A stretch of DNA of 64,000 bases from contig CAZODQ010000001.1 of assembly GCA_964578625.1 (NCBI GenBank), forward strand, positions 153,793 through 217,792. Direction: 5' to 3'. This stretch comes from an uncultured Actinomycetota bacterium. GTDB taxonomy: Bacteria > Actinomycetota > Humimicrobiia > Humimicrobiales > Humimicrobiaceae. Shown piece by piece: positions 33,844 to 43,640 of the stretch. The notes under the pieces are model-generated. The model was given only the letters and a program-made list of their open reading frames with translations, was not told where the DNA came from and did no database searches. The position numbers were made by a program, and so were the translations under genes. How positions within the stretch are numbered: position 1 is the first letter of the stretch; the number at the start of each line of letters is the position of its first letter.

Positions 33844-34416
33844 TTAATTTGCGCCCCTACCGGTAATCACTGCTTTCACTGTAACCAAAAATATCTTTAT
33901 ATCAAGCAGCAGTGAAGTGTCTTTAATATACAGCTGATCATACATGACTTTATCGCGTATCGACAGTGCATCTCTCCCGCTTATCTGAGCAAGTCCGGTT
34001 ACCCCCGGTCTGACCCTGTCCACACTTTTTTCCTTCCTCATTTTTATAAGCAGTTCCTGATTATATAATGCCGGCCTGGGGCCTACAAAACTTAATTCCC
34101 CCTTTAATATATTTATAAGCTGGGGAATTTCATCTATACTTAATCTCCTCAAGAACGTTCCGACCCTGGTATTCAGAGCATTCTGGTTTTTTAGCCTGTC
34201 GGTAGGTATATCAGGAGTACCTTCCTTCATAGTCCTGAATTTGTATATGGTAAAATAACTGTTGTTTAGGCCTACTCTCTTCTGTTTAAATATTACCCTT
34301 CCGCGAGAGTCGATTTTTATCATTAATGGAATAATAATCCAGAGTGGGATGAACAGTATTATTAAAATAATTGAAAATATTATATCAAGAATTCTTTTTG
34401 TAATCCTGTAAATCAT
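33844..34416 (-). CDS. Monotopic phosphoglycosyl transferase (bacterial sugar transferase, PglC/CapM-like)
   Basis: KRILDI, FKQKRVG, YKFRTM, LSIDEIPQLINILKGELSFVGPRP and RPGVTGLAQISGR. Confidence 0.92.
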   Translation of the reverse strand: MIYRITKRILDIIFSIILIILFIPLWIIIPLMIKIDSRGRVIFKQKRVGLNNSYFTIYKFRTMKEGTPDIPTDRLKNQNALNTRVGTFLRRLSIDEIPQLINILKGELSFVGPRPALYNQELLIKMRKEKSVDRVRPGVTGLAQISGRDALSIRDKVMYDQLYIKDTSLLLDIKIFLVTVKAVITGRGAN

Positions 34417-34444
34417 AAACTAAAAGACCTGCCGGCTAAAATTT

Positions 34445-36301
34445 CTACAACTTGGACCAAATTTCCTTCTCATTAAAATTGGGGATAATCTTTTTAAGAT
34501 CTTTAAATAGATTTTTATAGTCATAGAGCTGGATCTCTTTTTCAATGCTAAACAACAGATTTAACATTTTTTCCTTATTTTGCTCTTTTTTATTTTCAGC
34601 CACAAATATTGAGGAGAATTTCGTAGCCTTAAGCTTCTCATAGCTATTAGCTAATTCTTCGGTAAATTTCTCTCCCCTTCTTACTCCCGAAAAATCAATC
34701 TTGATATCTTTTTCGGGCTCCAATCCGTAAAGTTTTATCATATTCTTAGCCAGTTCTAAAATACTTATAGGTTCCCCCATATCAAGAACATATACCTCAC
34801 CGCCATTACCCATTACGCATGCCTGTACCACCAGTTGTGATGCTTCAGTAATAGTCATAAAGAACCTGGTCATTTTTGGATGTGTAACAATCACAGGACC
34901 CCCATTTTCTATTTGTTTTCGAAATATGGGTACCACACTACCCTCGCTTCCAAGCACATTTCCGAATCTCACAATTATAAAACTTGTATTTTTCACTTTT
35001 GACATAAGCTGCAGGTATTTTTCAGAAAGTAATTTTGATATTCCCATTATATTATTGGGTTTTACTGCCTTATCCGTAGAAAGCATCACAAACTTTTTAA
35101 CTCCGCTGGAGATAGATAATTTTGCAAGCGCTCTTGTACCCAGAAAGTTATTTTGAAGTGCAGCTTCAGGATTCAACTGCATAAGCGGGACATGCTTATA
35201 AGCAGCAGCATGAAACACGATTTCAGGTTTATATTTCTTAAACACACCTTTGATACTTGGAATATCTCGTATATCCGTAACAATAGGTATGGCATGCTGA
35301 TAATTAAGCCTTGTGGAGAGTTCCTGCTCTATCAAGAACATGTTATTTTCGGAATGATCGACAAGAATCAGATTTGACGGTTTAAATCTTATTACCTGTC
35401 TGCAAAGTTCAGACCCAATGGACCCTCCGGCACCGGTTATAAGGATAGGTTTTCCTTCAAGCTTGGCCAAAAGCTGGCTGTAATTTATTTCCACCGGTTT
35501 CCTGCCCAGTATATCTTCTATTCGGATATCCCTTAATTGATAGAGATGGGCTTTTCCATCTATTATCTCGTAAAGAGTAGGAAGAGTTTTACATAGTACT
35601 CCTTCTTCCTTTGCCTTAAAAGTGATATTCTTCCTTACTGCACCACTGGCTGAGGGTATGGCTATTATTATTTCATCAACAGCAAGTTTATTAACGTACT
35701 TTTTAATCTCATCAGTTCTACCAAAAACTTTTATACCATGAATCTGGCGCCCGATTTTTGCCTTGTCATCATCTAAAAATCCCACTGGAATATATTCACT
35801 GTCCCTCTGCCTTGTTATTTCTCTTACTACCATCTCTCCTGCGTTACCGGCTCCGACAATTAGAGTTCTTTTTTTACGGATGTTAATCCTTCCGAACTCT
35901 ATTTCGTTAAAAAGCCTTACTGAAAATCTTGAACCTACGACCAGGATGATGGAAAGGAGGAAATCTATGACAAGTATACTCCTCGGGAAATATGGCGCCC
36001 CTATTATATAGAAAATTACTACCATAACTGCCGAACTTGAAGCCAGTGAAAGTACAATGGTAATAAAATCCCTCAGGCTGGCATATTTCCAGATTTTTCT
36101 ATATATGCCAAATAAAATGAAGCTTAAAAGTTTGACTGCGATTATTATTAGAATATATTCTATAAAATAATCGATATATTGCGGGAGAAGACCCTGCTGC
36201 AGCTGACCTCTTAAAAAAAAAGATATAGTAAATGATGAAAAGAATATAACTATATCAAACAGTATTTGTATTGTGTTATTTTTAACTTTTTTTATGTCCA
36301 T
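34445..36301 (-). CDS. Membrane-bound UDP-GlcNAc 4,6-dehydratase (CapD/PglF/WbpM family)
   Basis: Four N-terminal TM helices, IVGAGNAG, IEDILGR, ITGAGGSIGSEL, HAAAYKHVP, STDKAV, VRFGNVLGSEGSVVP and GEK..EEL. Confidence 0.92.
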   Translation of the reverse strand: MDIKKVKNNTIQILFDIVIFFSSFTISFFLRGQLQQGLLPQYIDYFIEYILIIIAVKLLSFILFGIYRKIWKYASLRDFITIVLSLASSSAVMVVIFYIIGAPYFPRSILVIDFLLSIILVVGSRFSVRLFNEIEFGRINIRKKRTLIVGAGNAGEMVVREITRQRDSEYIPVGFLDDDKAKIGRQIHGIKVFGRTDEIKKYVNKLAVDEIIIAIPSASGAVRKNITFKAKEEGVLCKTLPTLYEIIDGKAHLYQLRDIRIEDILGRKPVEINYSQLLAKLEGKPILITGAGGSIGSELCRQVIRFKPSNLILVDHSENNMFLIEQELSTRLNYQHAIPIVTDIRDIPSIKGVFKKYKPEIVFHAAAYKHVPLMQLNPEAALQNNFLGTRALAKLSISSGVKKFVMLSTDKAVKPNNIMGISKLLSEKYLQLMSKVKNTSFIIVRFGNVLGSEGSVVPIFRKQIENGGPVIVTHPKMTRFFMTITEASQLVVQACVMGNGGEVYVLDMGEPISILELAKNMIKLYGLEPEKDIKIDFSGVRRGEKFTEELANSYEKLKATKFSSIFVAENKKEQNKEKMLNLLFSIEKEIQLYDYKNLFKDLKKIIPNFNEKEIWSKL

Positions 36302-36323
36302 TGTAATTCCGGCCAGTTATAAC

Positions 36324-38378
36324 TTAATCAAGATTTTCTAAATAATCCTTACCGACTATTACAACTACTTCTGCATCTCCACCATATTCTTCTTTAAAAA
36401 CACTTGATGACAGTTCTTTCATCTCGTAACTAGAAAACAGCATCGTCAGTTGATCAGCCTTATTTTTATTTTCCTTGCTATAGTATATTACAGTTTTTTT
36501 ATAATTATAACTATCTGCATTATAAAGCCCTAAAATTTTAAATCCGTAATTCTTTAAATAATCTTTTACTTCTGTTGCAGATCCACCTATTCCGTTACCG
36601 TTGTAAATCATAACATGTGTCCGCCTGGTTATACTTTTATCTATGATCCTGCCGACATCTACATTTACTTCCAGCGGGATTACTCCTTTTTCAGAAAACC
36701 ATGCAACTCCTTCATATACCATATCATATTGTAATATATATCTGCCGGGTGTTTCAGGTGCTTTAATATTAATATCTACAGTTGTCTCTTCATCGTGTGA
36801 AACATCTTCTAAAAGCAATCCCCTTTCACCATCCCAGATAACAATCTCACCTGTATCCCTGTTTAACCAATGAGTCCCTAAATGCACTTTATGTCCATCA
36901 CCTGTATTATTCCACAGTAAAAAACCATTGTTTTTTACTGTGACATGTGTCTCAAAATCCTGGCCAGGTTCTAAATAATTTGGGGTGGAACCCTCGTCAT
37001 CATATTGAGCGGAATAAGATATATCCACAGTTACAAATTTTTCCAGAGTCGGTACTCCCTGAAAAGAAAACCAGGTTACTCCCTCATGCACCAGATCAAC
37101 CTGTAAAATGTACTCCCCCGGTTCCGATGGCGATATAACATTAAGGTCAAATGTTACCTCATCTCCTACTTTTATTCCATCTTCTTCTATAATACTTCTC
37201 TTACCGTCAAAAACTACTGTTTTCTTGCTGTTAAAATCTATCCAGTGATAACCCAGAAACACTGGATTGTCTCCATTCCTGTTCCAGGTCAGACTTCCGG
37301 TATTCTTTACTTTGACCTTGAACTTATACTTGGTTTCCACGGTCATAAAATCCGGTATTTCATCAACTTCTGTATACTCCGCATTATACATGCTTGCCGG
37401 CTCCCCATTTATAATTCTTTGCCACATTGCTCTTGCTTCCTCAATATCCGGGATCTGAACACTTATGGTACCTTCATCTATCCAATCAGAGCGAGAAGGT
37501 ATAATAGAAGTATTAAAATTTTCCGAACCGAAAGACAGAGCTGCTTTTGAATAGCTTAAGATAGTCAAAATATCCAGATCTGTTCTTGTATTATCTATTA
37601 AAATATTAAAATAATATGGAATGCTGGATAAATATCTTACATCCAATTTTTGTTTTAGCAGTTCCCTGAACAACTGCTGCTGACGCTGAATTCTCCCGAT
37701 ATCTCCAAGTTCTGTAGACCTGCTTCTCGTATAAGACAATGCCTGTTCTCCAGTCAGATGGTGGTTGCCTGCTGAAAAATTAGCACCGCTTTTAGGGTCG
37801 ACCAGGGGCCTTTCAATTTTAATATCAACACCTCCGAGAGCATCTATCAACTGTATAAATCCTTCAAAATCCAGAGTCACATAATGGTTTATTTCTGCTT
37901 CTAAAAAAGAATTTATTGTTCTTATCATAAGTTCTTCTCCGCCATATGCATATGCAGCATTTATCTTGTCCTCTCCATGACCGGGTATCTCTACGAGAGT
38001 ATCCCTAGGTATGGAAAGGAGACTTCCGGTCATTTCTTCAGGATTCAGATAAAACACCATTATTATATCGGCCCTGCCCCTATCGTTTTCAGTATCCCTG
38101 GTATCAAGGCCTAATATAAGGATAGTAACCGGTTCCTGCGAAGACTCAATGGGAGTGAGTATGTTTTCCACTTCTGACGTTGTAAGTGAATTTATAGTCT
38201 TATTTATTGTATTAATATAAAGGAATATACCGCCTGCACCCAGACACCCGATAAGAACTATGGAAGATAAAACTATTATTATTATTTTCAGATATAAAGG
38301 TAATTTGTTAAATCCCCTTTTATTTGGATTTTTCTTAATCTTGTTTTTTACTTTTCCTTTGCTTTTTTTCATTCGCAC
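36324..38378 (-). CDS. LCP (LytR-CpsA-Psr) wall-polymer ligase with two Ig-like inserts and LytR C-terminal domain
   Basis: ILILGLD, RADIIM, LSIPRDT, KINAAYAYGG and YTRSRS..GDIGRIQRQQ; two VKN.G...W..LG.HW...P..PG.YILQ.D.V.EG..WFS repeats; IYNGNGIGGSA...VVVIVGKDY. Confidence 0.88.
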   Translation of the reverse strand: MRMKKSKGKVKNKIKKNPNKRGFNKLPLYLKIIIIVLSSIVLIGCLGAGGIFLYINTINKTINSLTTSEVENILTPIESSQEPVTILILGLDTRDTENDRGRADIIMVFYLNPEEMTGSLLSIPRDTLVEIPGHGEDKINAAYAYGGEELMIRTINSFLEAEINHYVTLDFEGFIQLIDALGGVDIKIERPLVDPKSGANFSAGNHHLTGEQALSYTRSRSTELGDIGRIQRQQQLFRELLKQKLDVRYLSSIPYYFNILIDNTRTDLDILTILSYSKAALSFGSENFNTSIIPSRSDWIDEGTISVQIPDIEEARAMWQRIINGEPASMYNAEYTEVDEIPDFMTVETKYKFKVKVKNTGSLTWNRNGDNPVFLGYHWIDFNSKKTVVFDGKRSIIEEDGIKVGDEVTFDLNVISPSEPGEYILQVDLVHEGVTWFSFQGVPTLEKFVTVDISYSAQYDDEGSTPNYLEPGQDFETHVTVKNNGFLLWNNTGDGHKVHLGTHWLNRDTGEIVIWDGERGLLLEDVSHDEETTVDINIKAPETPGRYILQYDMVYEGVAWFSEKGVIPLEVNVDVGRIIDKSITRRTHVMIYNGNGIGGSATEVKDYLKNYGFKILGLYNADSYNYKKTVIYYSKENKNKADQLTMLFSSYEMKELSSSVFKEEYGGDAEVVVIVGKDYLENLD

Positions 38379-38435
38379 TGCTTTAAATATAAAATCTTAT
38401 AATAAACTCCAACTTGGAAAAAAGCTGCCTTTATA

Positions 38436-39716
38436 TTAACTGACCTTTTTAATATCTGCACCAAGACCGCGTAATTTTTCTTCAAAATCCTCATAACCTC
38501 TCTGGATATGATAAATATTGCCCACCTCTGTAGTTCCCTCTGCTGTAAGTGCTGCCAGTACCATAGCAGCTCCGGCACGAAGATCGAATGACGTGACCGG
38601 TGCTCCCGACAGTTTTTCAACCCCATTGATTACAGCATGATGCCCGTCTATCTTTATATTAGCTCCCATCCTGTTCAATTCATCAACGTACATGAATCTG
38701 TTTTCAAATACATTTTCAGTTACTATAGATGTTCCTGGGATGATTGTAAGAAGAACAGTAATTATGGGCTGCAGGTCCGTGGGAAAACCGGGGTACGGTA
38801 AGGTGCTGATATTGGTAGGCCCATAGGGTCTCTTTAGTGACTCTACTTTTATATTATTATCATCAATAATGGAAATATTTACACCGATTCCTTTTAACTT
38901 GGAATAAAATGTCTCCAGATCCTCCAATCTCGCATTTTCAATTTCAACCCCGTCACCGCTCAGGGCCGCTGCAGTAATAAAAGTACCGGCTTCAATACTG
39001 TCAGGCATTACTTCGTAATCTGTTCCCCTGAGGCTTTTGACTCCGTTAATCACAATACATCCAGTCCCGGCTCCCTTTATATCCGCCCCCATAGAGTTTA
39101 GAAAATTTGTAAGATCTTTTATTTCAGGCTCCCTGGCTGCATTATTTATAACTGTTTTTCCATCAGCTAAACATCCTGCCATTATTATGTTCTCGGTGGC
39201 TCCCCTTGAAGGGAAATCCAGATTTACCAAGGCACCTGAAAGTCTCGGTACGGCACTACTGCTGTCAACACTGCAGTTAATATACCCGTGCTCTACGGAA
39301 TATTTTGCCCCCATATCCTCAAAACCTTTGAGATGGAGATCTATCTGTCTTGAACCAATATTACACCCTCCTGGAATAGCAATCTTTACCCTGCCAAATT
39401 TGCTTAACAGCGGCCCTGCGACCAGTATTGACGCTCTCATCTTTCTTACGATTTCATAAGGTGCTTCATAGCTATTAATAGTTACCGGATTGATCTCAAT
39501 AGTTTTATCCTCCATATTTACATCTACGCCAGCACCAAGTGTTCTCAGCACTTCTACCATAATCTTGACATCTTCAATTCCCGGTACATTCCTAAGAGTG
39601 GTTTTATCGTCAGCCAGTATTGACGCAGCTATTAACTTCAATGCAGAATTCTTAGCCCCGCTTATTTTAACTTTTCCGGACAGGGTCTTCCCGCCGTTTA
39701 TAATGAATTTTTCCAT
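38436..39716 (-). CDS. murA: UDP-N-acetylglucosamine 1-carboxyvinyltransferase
   Basis: SGAKNSAL, MRASILV.GPLL, PGGCNIGSR.IDLH (catalytic Cys present), AAREPE, PYPGFPTDLQ, ENRF and DLRAGAA. Confidence 0.96.
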   Translation of the reverse strand: MEKFIINGGKTLSGKVKISGAKNSALKLIAASILADDKTTLRNVPGIEDVKIMVEVLRTLGAGVDVNMEDKTIEINPVTINSYEAPYEIVRKMRASILVAGPLLSKFGRVKIAIPGGCNIGSRQIDLHLKGFEDMGAKYSVEHGYINCSVDSSSAVPRLSGALVNLDFPSRGATENIIMAGCLADGKTVINNAAREPEIKDLTNFLNSMGADIKGAGTGCIVINGVKSLRGTDYEVMPDSIEAGTFITAAALSGDGVEIENARLEDLETFYSKLKGIGVNISIIDDNNIKVESLKRPYGPTNISTLPYPGFPTDLQPIITVLLTIIPGTSIVTENVFENRFMYVDELNRMGANIKIDGHHAVINGVEKLSGAPVTSFDLRAGAAMVLAALTAEGTTEVGNIYHIQRGYEDFEEKLRGLGADIKKVS

Positions 39717-39873
39717 AAAAACAAAAAATAATTTCTCTATTAAAAAAGTACAGGATATTATAACAAATAAAGGTGAATTACAAAAATAAAAGCTGCCTTA
39801 TGCCATGATACATCCATGGTTAATTTTTTTCGTCTAAAAGACCTGCGGTAATCGTATTTATAAAAATTCCAAT

Positions 39874-40329
39874 TTAAAAGTCCAGCCTTATTGATTCGAT
39901 TTCTGCTTCACCGAGAAGCTCTATTGCAAGCGTATCAGGGTAATCCTCAAAATAATATATTTTTTTGATTCCGCAATTTATTATCATTTTTGCACAGAGG
40001 ACACAGGGCTGTGTAGTGCAGTAAATTACTGCATCTTTTATTCGAACTCCGTGATAAGAAGCCTGAAGAATAGCATTTTGCTCGGCATGAAGGCCGCGGC
40101 AAATTTCATGTCTTTCACCCGAAGGTACTCCCAGCTCTTCTCTCAGGCACGTCCCTATATCCAGACAATTCCTTACTCCCATAGGAGCACCGTTATATCC
40201 CGTTGTAAGTATCCTTTTATCCTTTACGATTATAGCTCCGACTTTTCTTCTAAGACACGTGGATCTTGTTGCTACCTGCCTGGTAATTGATGCAAAATAT
40301 TCATCCCACGTCGGGCGTGTGATCACCAT
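39874..40329 (-). CDS. dCMP/cytidine deaminase family protein (ComEB-like)
   Basis: [31 protein letters not shown] and PCVLCAK. Confidence 0.92.
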   Translation of the reverse strand: MVITRPTWDEYFASITRQVATRSTCLRRKVGAIIVKDKRILTTGYNGAPMGVRNCLDIGTCLREELGVPSGERHEICRGLHAEQNAILQASYHGVRIKDAVIYCTTQPCVLCAKMIINCGIKKIYYFEDYPDTLAIELLGEAEIESIRLDF

Positions 40330-40527
40330 TTTCCTAACCTAATATTTTTTAATTTATATAAATCAACCTTAATTTTTTGATTTAAACAATACACTTTTTA
40401 AAAATATATTAAGTCTTATTTATTAAAATGCCAAGTATTTTATATTGATGGGAGAGCCTAATACTTACATTGATTTCCTTAATAAAAAAAATATTATATA
40501 CTGAAATCAGTAACTTTTTATCTCTTT

Positions 40528-41175
40528 ATGATTACAATAAAAATTAATAACCTTGATGAAGTTAATGACTCTGCTGTCAAAAAAATTGCTAAAATCATGG
40601 CAGAAGGGAAAATAGCAATTCTGCCTACCGGCACTATCTACGGTTTGAGCTGCAGGTATGATAATAAAAAGTCGATTGAAAAAATATACAAAATAAAAAA
40701 AAGAAATAAAAACATACCCCTTATAATACTTATTGCCGGTAAAGATGACCTTAAAAACCTTGCCTCAGATATAAACAGGATTGCAGAAAAAATAATAGAA
40801 AAATTTTGGGATATTGAAAACCCAAGACCTCTTACTTTGATTTTTAAAAGGAACAGCTCTCTTGAAGATTTTATAACCAGCGGCAGTTCGAATATCGCCA
40901 TAAGAATGGCAGGTCCCAGGTTCCTTAAGAATATAATAAGCATCTGCGGCCCGATTGTATCTACCAGTGCCACCATTTCCGGAGTGAAAGGCTATCCTAA
41001 AAAACTAAAGGATATTACTGATGTAATAATAAAACAAGTGGATCTAACAGTGGAATATTCCTCTGCACTTGCAGGAGCTGAATCAACTATCATCGATGTC
41101 ACCGGGCAGGTACCTGTTTTAGTAAGAGAAGGTGCTGTAAACTTCGGAGATATTTTAAATAATAAATTCCAATAA
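40528..41175 (+). CDS. tsaC: Threonylcarbamoyl-AMP synthase (YrdC/Sua5 N-terminal type)
   Basis: LPTGTIYGL, IYKIKKR..N.PLI, PLTLIF, IAIRM, VSTSATISG, STIIDVT and VREGA. Confidence 0.88.
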   Translation: MITIKINNLDEVNDSAVKKIAKIMAEGKIAILPTGTIYGLSCRYDNKKSIEKIYKIKKRNKNIPLIILIAGKDDLKNLASDINRIAEKIIEKFWDIENPRPLTLIFKRNSSLEDFITSGSSNIAIRMAGPRFLKNIISICGPIVSTSATISGVKGYPKKLKDITDVIIKQVDLTVEYSSALAGAESTIIDVTGQVPVLVREGAVNFGDILNNKFQ

Positions 41176-41276
41176 ACTTTTGATTATCAAGTTAATTGGA
41201 ATATAATATTACAGAGTTTTATGTTTTATTATCAATCAAGCATACGCTTACAGGTTATGGAAAGATCAGGTGTTTT

Positions 41277-41738
41277 ATGAAAATAGTTATAAGTTCAGAT
41301 CATGCCGGATTTGATTACAAATCCAAAATAATAGGATTTGTAAAATCCATGGGAAATGCGGTATATGATATCGGGACCAACAGCAGCGAAAGTGTGGATT
41401 ACACGGATTTTGCAGAAAAGGGTGCGAAAATTGTAGCCTGCGGGGAAGCTGATATTGGAATATTTATATGCGGAAGCGGAATCGGGATGGATATAGTAGC
41501 CAATAAAATAAAAGGTATAAGATCTGCTGCCTGCTGGAACAAAGAAACCGCAAGGCTTGCCCGTGATCATAATCATGCAAATATACTATGCTTGGGAGAA
41601 AGACTTCTAACACTGGATGAATGCCTTGAAATAGTAAAAGTCTTTGTAAACACTCCTGAAAGTACACAGGAACGCCATGTAAGAAGGGTCAAAAAGATAA
41701 AGGATATTGAAGAAAGGAGCCAGATTTGCAATGGCTGA
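41277..41738 (+). CDS. rpiB: Ribose-5-phosphate isomerase B
   Basis: MKIVISSDHAG, SVDY, ICGSGIG..IVANKIKGIR, ARDHNHANILCLG and RHVRRV. Start moved from the ORF-track 41196 to the ATG at 41277. Confidence 0.93.
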   Translation: MKIVISSDHAGFDYKSKIIGFVKSMGNAVYDIGTNSSESVDYTDFAEKGAKIVACGEADIGIFICGSGIGMDIVANKIKGIRSAACWNKETARLARDHNHANILCLGERLLTLDECLEIVKVFVNTPESTQERHVRRVKKIKDIEERSQICNG

Positions 41739-42999
41739 ATCAAAAAAACATGAAAATCATACCCTGAGCAGAGATGTAGATATAGAGGTAAAAGAGATAA
41801 TAAAAAAAGAACTAGAACGGCAGAGGAACCAGCTGATCCTTATTGCTTCAGAGAATTTCACCTCGCAGGAAATTTTAAGGACCATGGGTTCTGTGCCTAC
41901 AAATAAGTACGCAGAAGGTTATCCCGGCTTTAGGTATTACGAAGGTTGCGAGCACGTTGATGAAATTGAACAATTGGCTATAGATAGAGCCAATAAGCTT
42001 TTCGGTTCCGATTACAGCAATGTTCAACCTCACAGCGGTGTGAGCGCCAACATGGCGGTTTTTCTGGGAATCTTAAACTGTGGGGACAAAATACTGAGTA
42101 TGAGCCTGAAAGACGGCGGTCACCTCTCCCATGGACATAAACAAAACTTAAGCGGCAGATACTATGAAATACATACTTATACTGTAGACCCGGAAACAGA
42201 AATGCTTGACTACGACAGTATTAGAAAACTTGCGAAGACCGTCAGGCCCAAACTTATAATTTCAGGAGCCAGTTCTTATTCAAGAATAATTGATTTTAAA
42301 AGATTTAGGGAAATAGCTTATGAAGTAGGTGCATACCTGATGGCCGATACTGCACATATTGCCGGACTTATAGTAAGCGGTTATCACCCCAGCTCTATAA
42401 ATGTAGCTGATTTTACTACCGCCACCACGCACAAGACTTTAAGGGGACCAAGAGGCGGACTGATCTTTGCGGATAAGAAATATGCCAGACTTATAAATAA
42501 ATCGGTTTTCCCCGGTGTGCAGGGAGGTCCGCTGATGCACATTATTGCTGCAAAAGCAGTAGCTTTTAGGGAAGCTATGCAGGATTCATTTAAAGATTAC
42601 GGAAGACGTATTATTGAAAATTCTAAAGCCCTGTGCGAGTACATGAAGAACGAAGGCTATAGAATTGTATCAGGCGGGACTGATAATCACTTATTCCTTA
42701 TAGATCTAACCGACAAGGGGATTACCGGCCTGGATGCCTCAGAAACATTAAGCTCTGTCGGGATAATAACCAATAAGAATGTGATTCCCTTTGATAAATT
42801 AAAACCTATCATAGCCAGCGGTATAAGAATCGGCACACCGGCAGTCACTACTCAGGGAATGGGTATCAGCGAAATGTATAAAATCGGGGAGTTAATATCG
42901 TCAGCCCTTAAAAATATGGAAAATAATACAAAACTTAAAGAGATCAGCAAAGAAGTTAAAAAACTTGCCGGTGATTTCCCTGTTTATACCACTGAATAA
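41731..42999 (+). CDS. glyA: Serine hydroxymethyltransferase
   Basis: LIASENF, NKYAEGYPG.RYY, NVQPHSG, GGHLSHG, TTHKTLRGPRGG, FPGVQGGP and SGIRIGTPA. Start at the ATG after AAGGAG. Confidence 0.96.
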   Translation: MAESKKHENHTLSRDVDIEVKEIIKKELERQRNQLILIASENFTSQEILRTMGSVPTNKYAEGYPGFRYYEGCEHVDEIEQLAIDRANKLFGSDYSNVQPHSGVSANMAVFLGILNCGDKILSMSLKDGGHLSHGHKQNLSGRYYEIHTYTVDPETEMLDYDSIRKLAKTVRPKLIISGASSYSRIIDFKRFREIAYEVGAYLMADTAHIAGLIVSGYHPSSINVADFTTATTHKTLRGPRGGLIFADKKYARLINKSVFPGVQGGPLMHIIAAKAVAFREAMQDSFKDYGRRIIENSKALCEYMKNEGYRIVSGGTDNHLFLIDLTDKGITGLDASETLSSVGIITNKNVIPFDKLKPIIASGIRIGTPAVTTQGMGISEMYKIGELISSALKNMENNTKLKEISKEVKKLAGDFPVYTTE

Positions 43000-43004
43000 G
43001 ATTG

Positions 43005-43625
43005 TCAGTGGCTTCTAACGATATCCTTTACCTTCATAAGTCTTACAGTGTTAGACCGCTCATTTTCCTCAAGTTTCATGGTTATGAATTTTATAGTCTC
43101 ATCCAGTCCAGGGATCAGCTTATGTTCAAGGGCATTGACCCTTCTTCTGGTTTCTTCAATTTCTTTTGCCATAAGCTGTACTGTCTTTTCCTTTTCAGCC
43201 AGATTAAGCAGGTTCTCTATAGATTTATCAAAATCGCTCAGGGCAATATCCATTTCTCCTAAGGTATTAATATATCCATACGGGATGATACCGCCGCTGA
43301 CTTCCAGGGAATAAGCCGGTACGCGGACACTCATAATATTTCTCCGGCTCATTGAAACTGAGATCTTTTTCACGGGAAGCAGCAGTTCCTGTTTTGTCTG
43401 GAATGAGCCCGATGCAGCTTTTGAAATCACAAATCTTTCCAGTACTGATTGAAATTGGCTTTCTATAGACAACCGGAGCTCTTTGACCTCATCGATTATG
43501 GAAAGCAGCTGCCTCATCAGTTCATCTCTTTTATCTTTAAGGAGCTTGTGCCCTCTCCGGGCAAGATTCAGCCTCTTTTTTAAGCGAAGAAGCTCCATTC
43601 TGGTCGCATTAGCTTCAATCAGCAT
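43005..43625 (-). CDS. atpD: V/A-type ATP synthase subunit D
   Basis: ATRMELL.LKKRL..ARRGHKLLKDKRD and TRRRVNALEH..IP. Confidence 0.93.
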   Translation of the reverse strand: MLIEANATRMELLRLKKRLNLARRGHKLLKDKRDELMRQLLSIIDEVKELRLSIESQFQSVLERFVISKAASGSFQTKQELLLPVKKISVSMSRRNIMSVRVPAYSLEVSGGIIPYGYINTLGEMDIALSDFDKSIENLLNLAEKEKTVQLMAKEIEETRRRVNALEHKLIPGLDETIKFITMKLEENERSNTVRLMKVKDIVRSH

Positions 43626-43640
43626 TCAATCACCCTTAAA

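Noticed and set aside
38420-39799. 12-bp direct repeat aaaagctgcctt flanking murA, and 13-bp ctaaaagacctgc at 34420 and 39834
   Set aside because: Repeats of this length are expected by chance many times in 64 kb of AT-rich DNA, and no mobility gene is associated.
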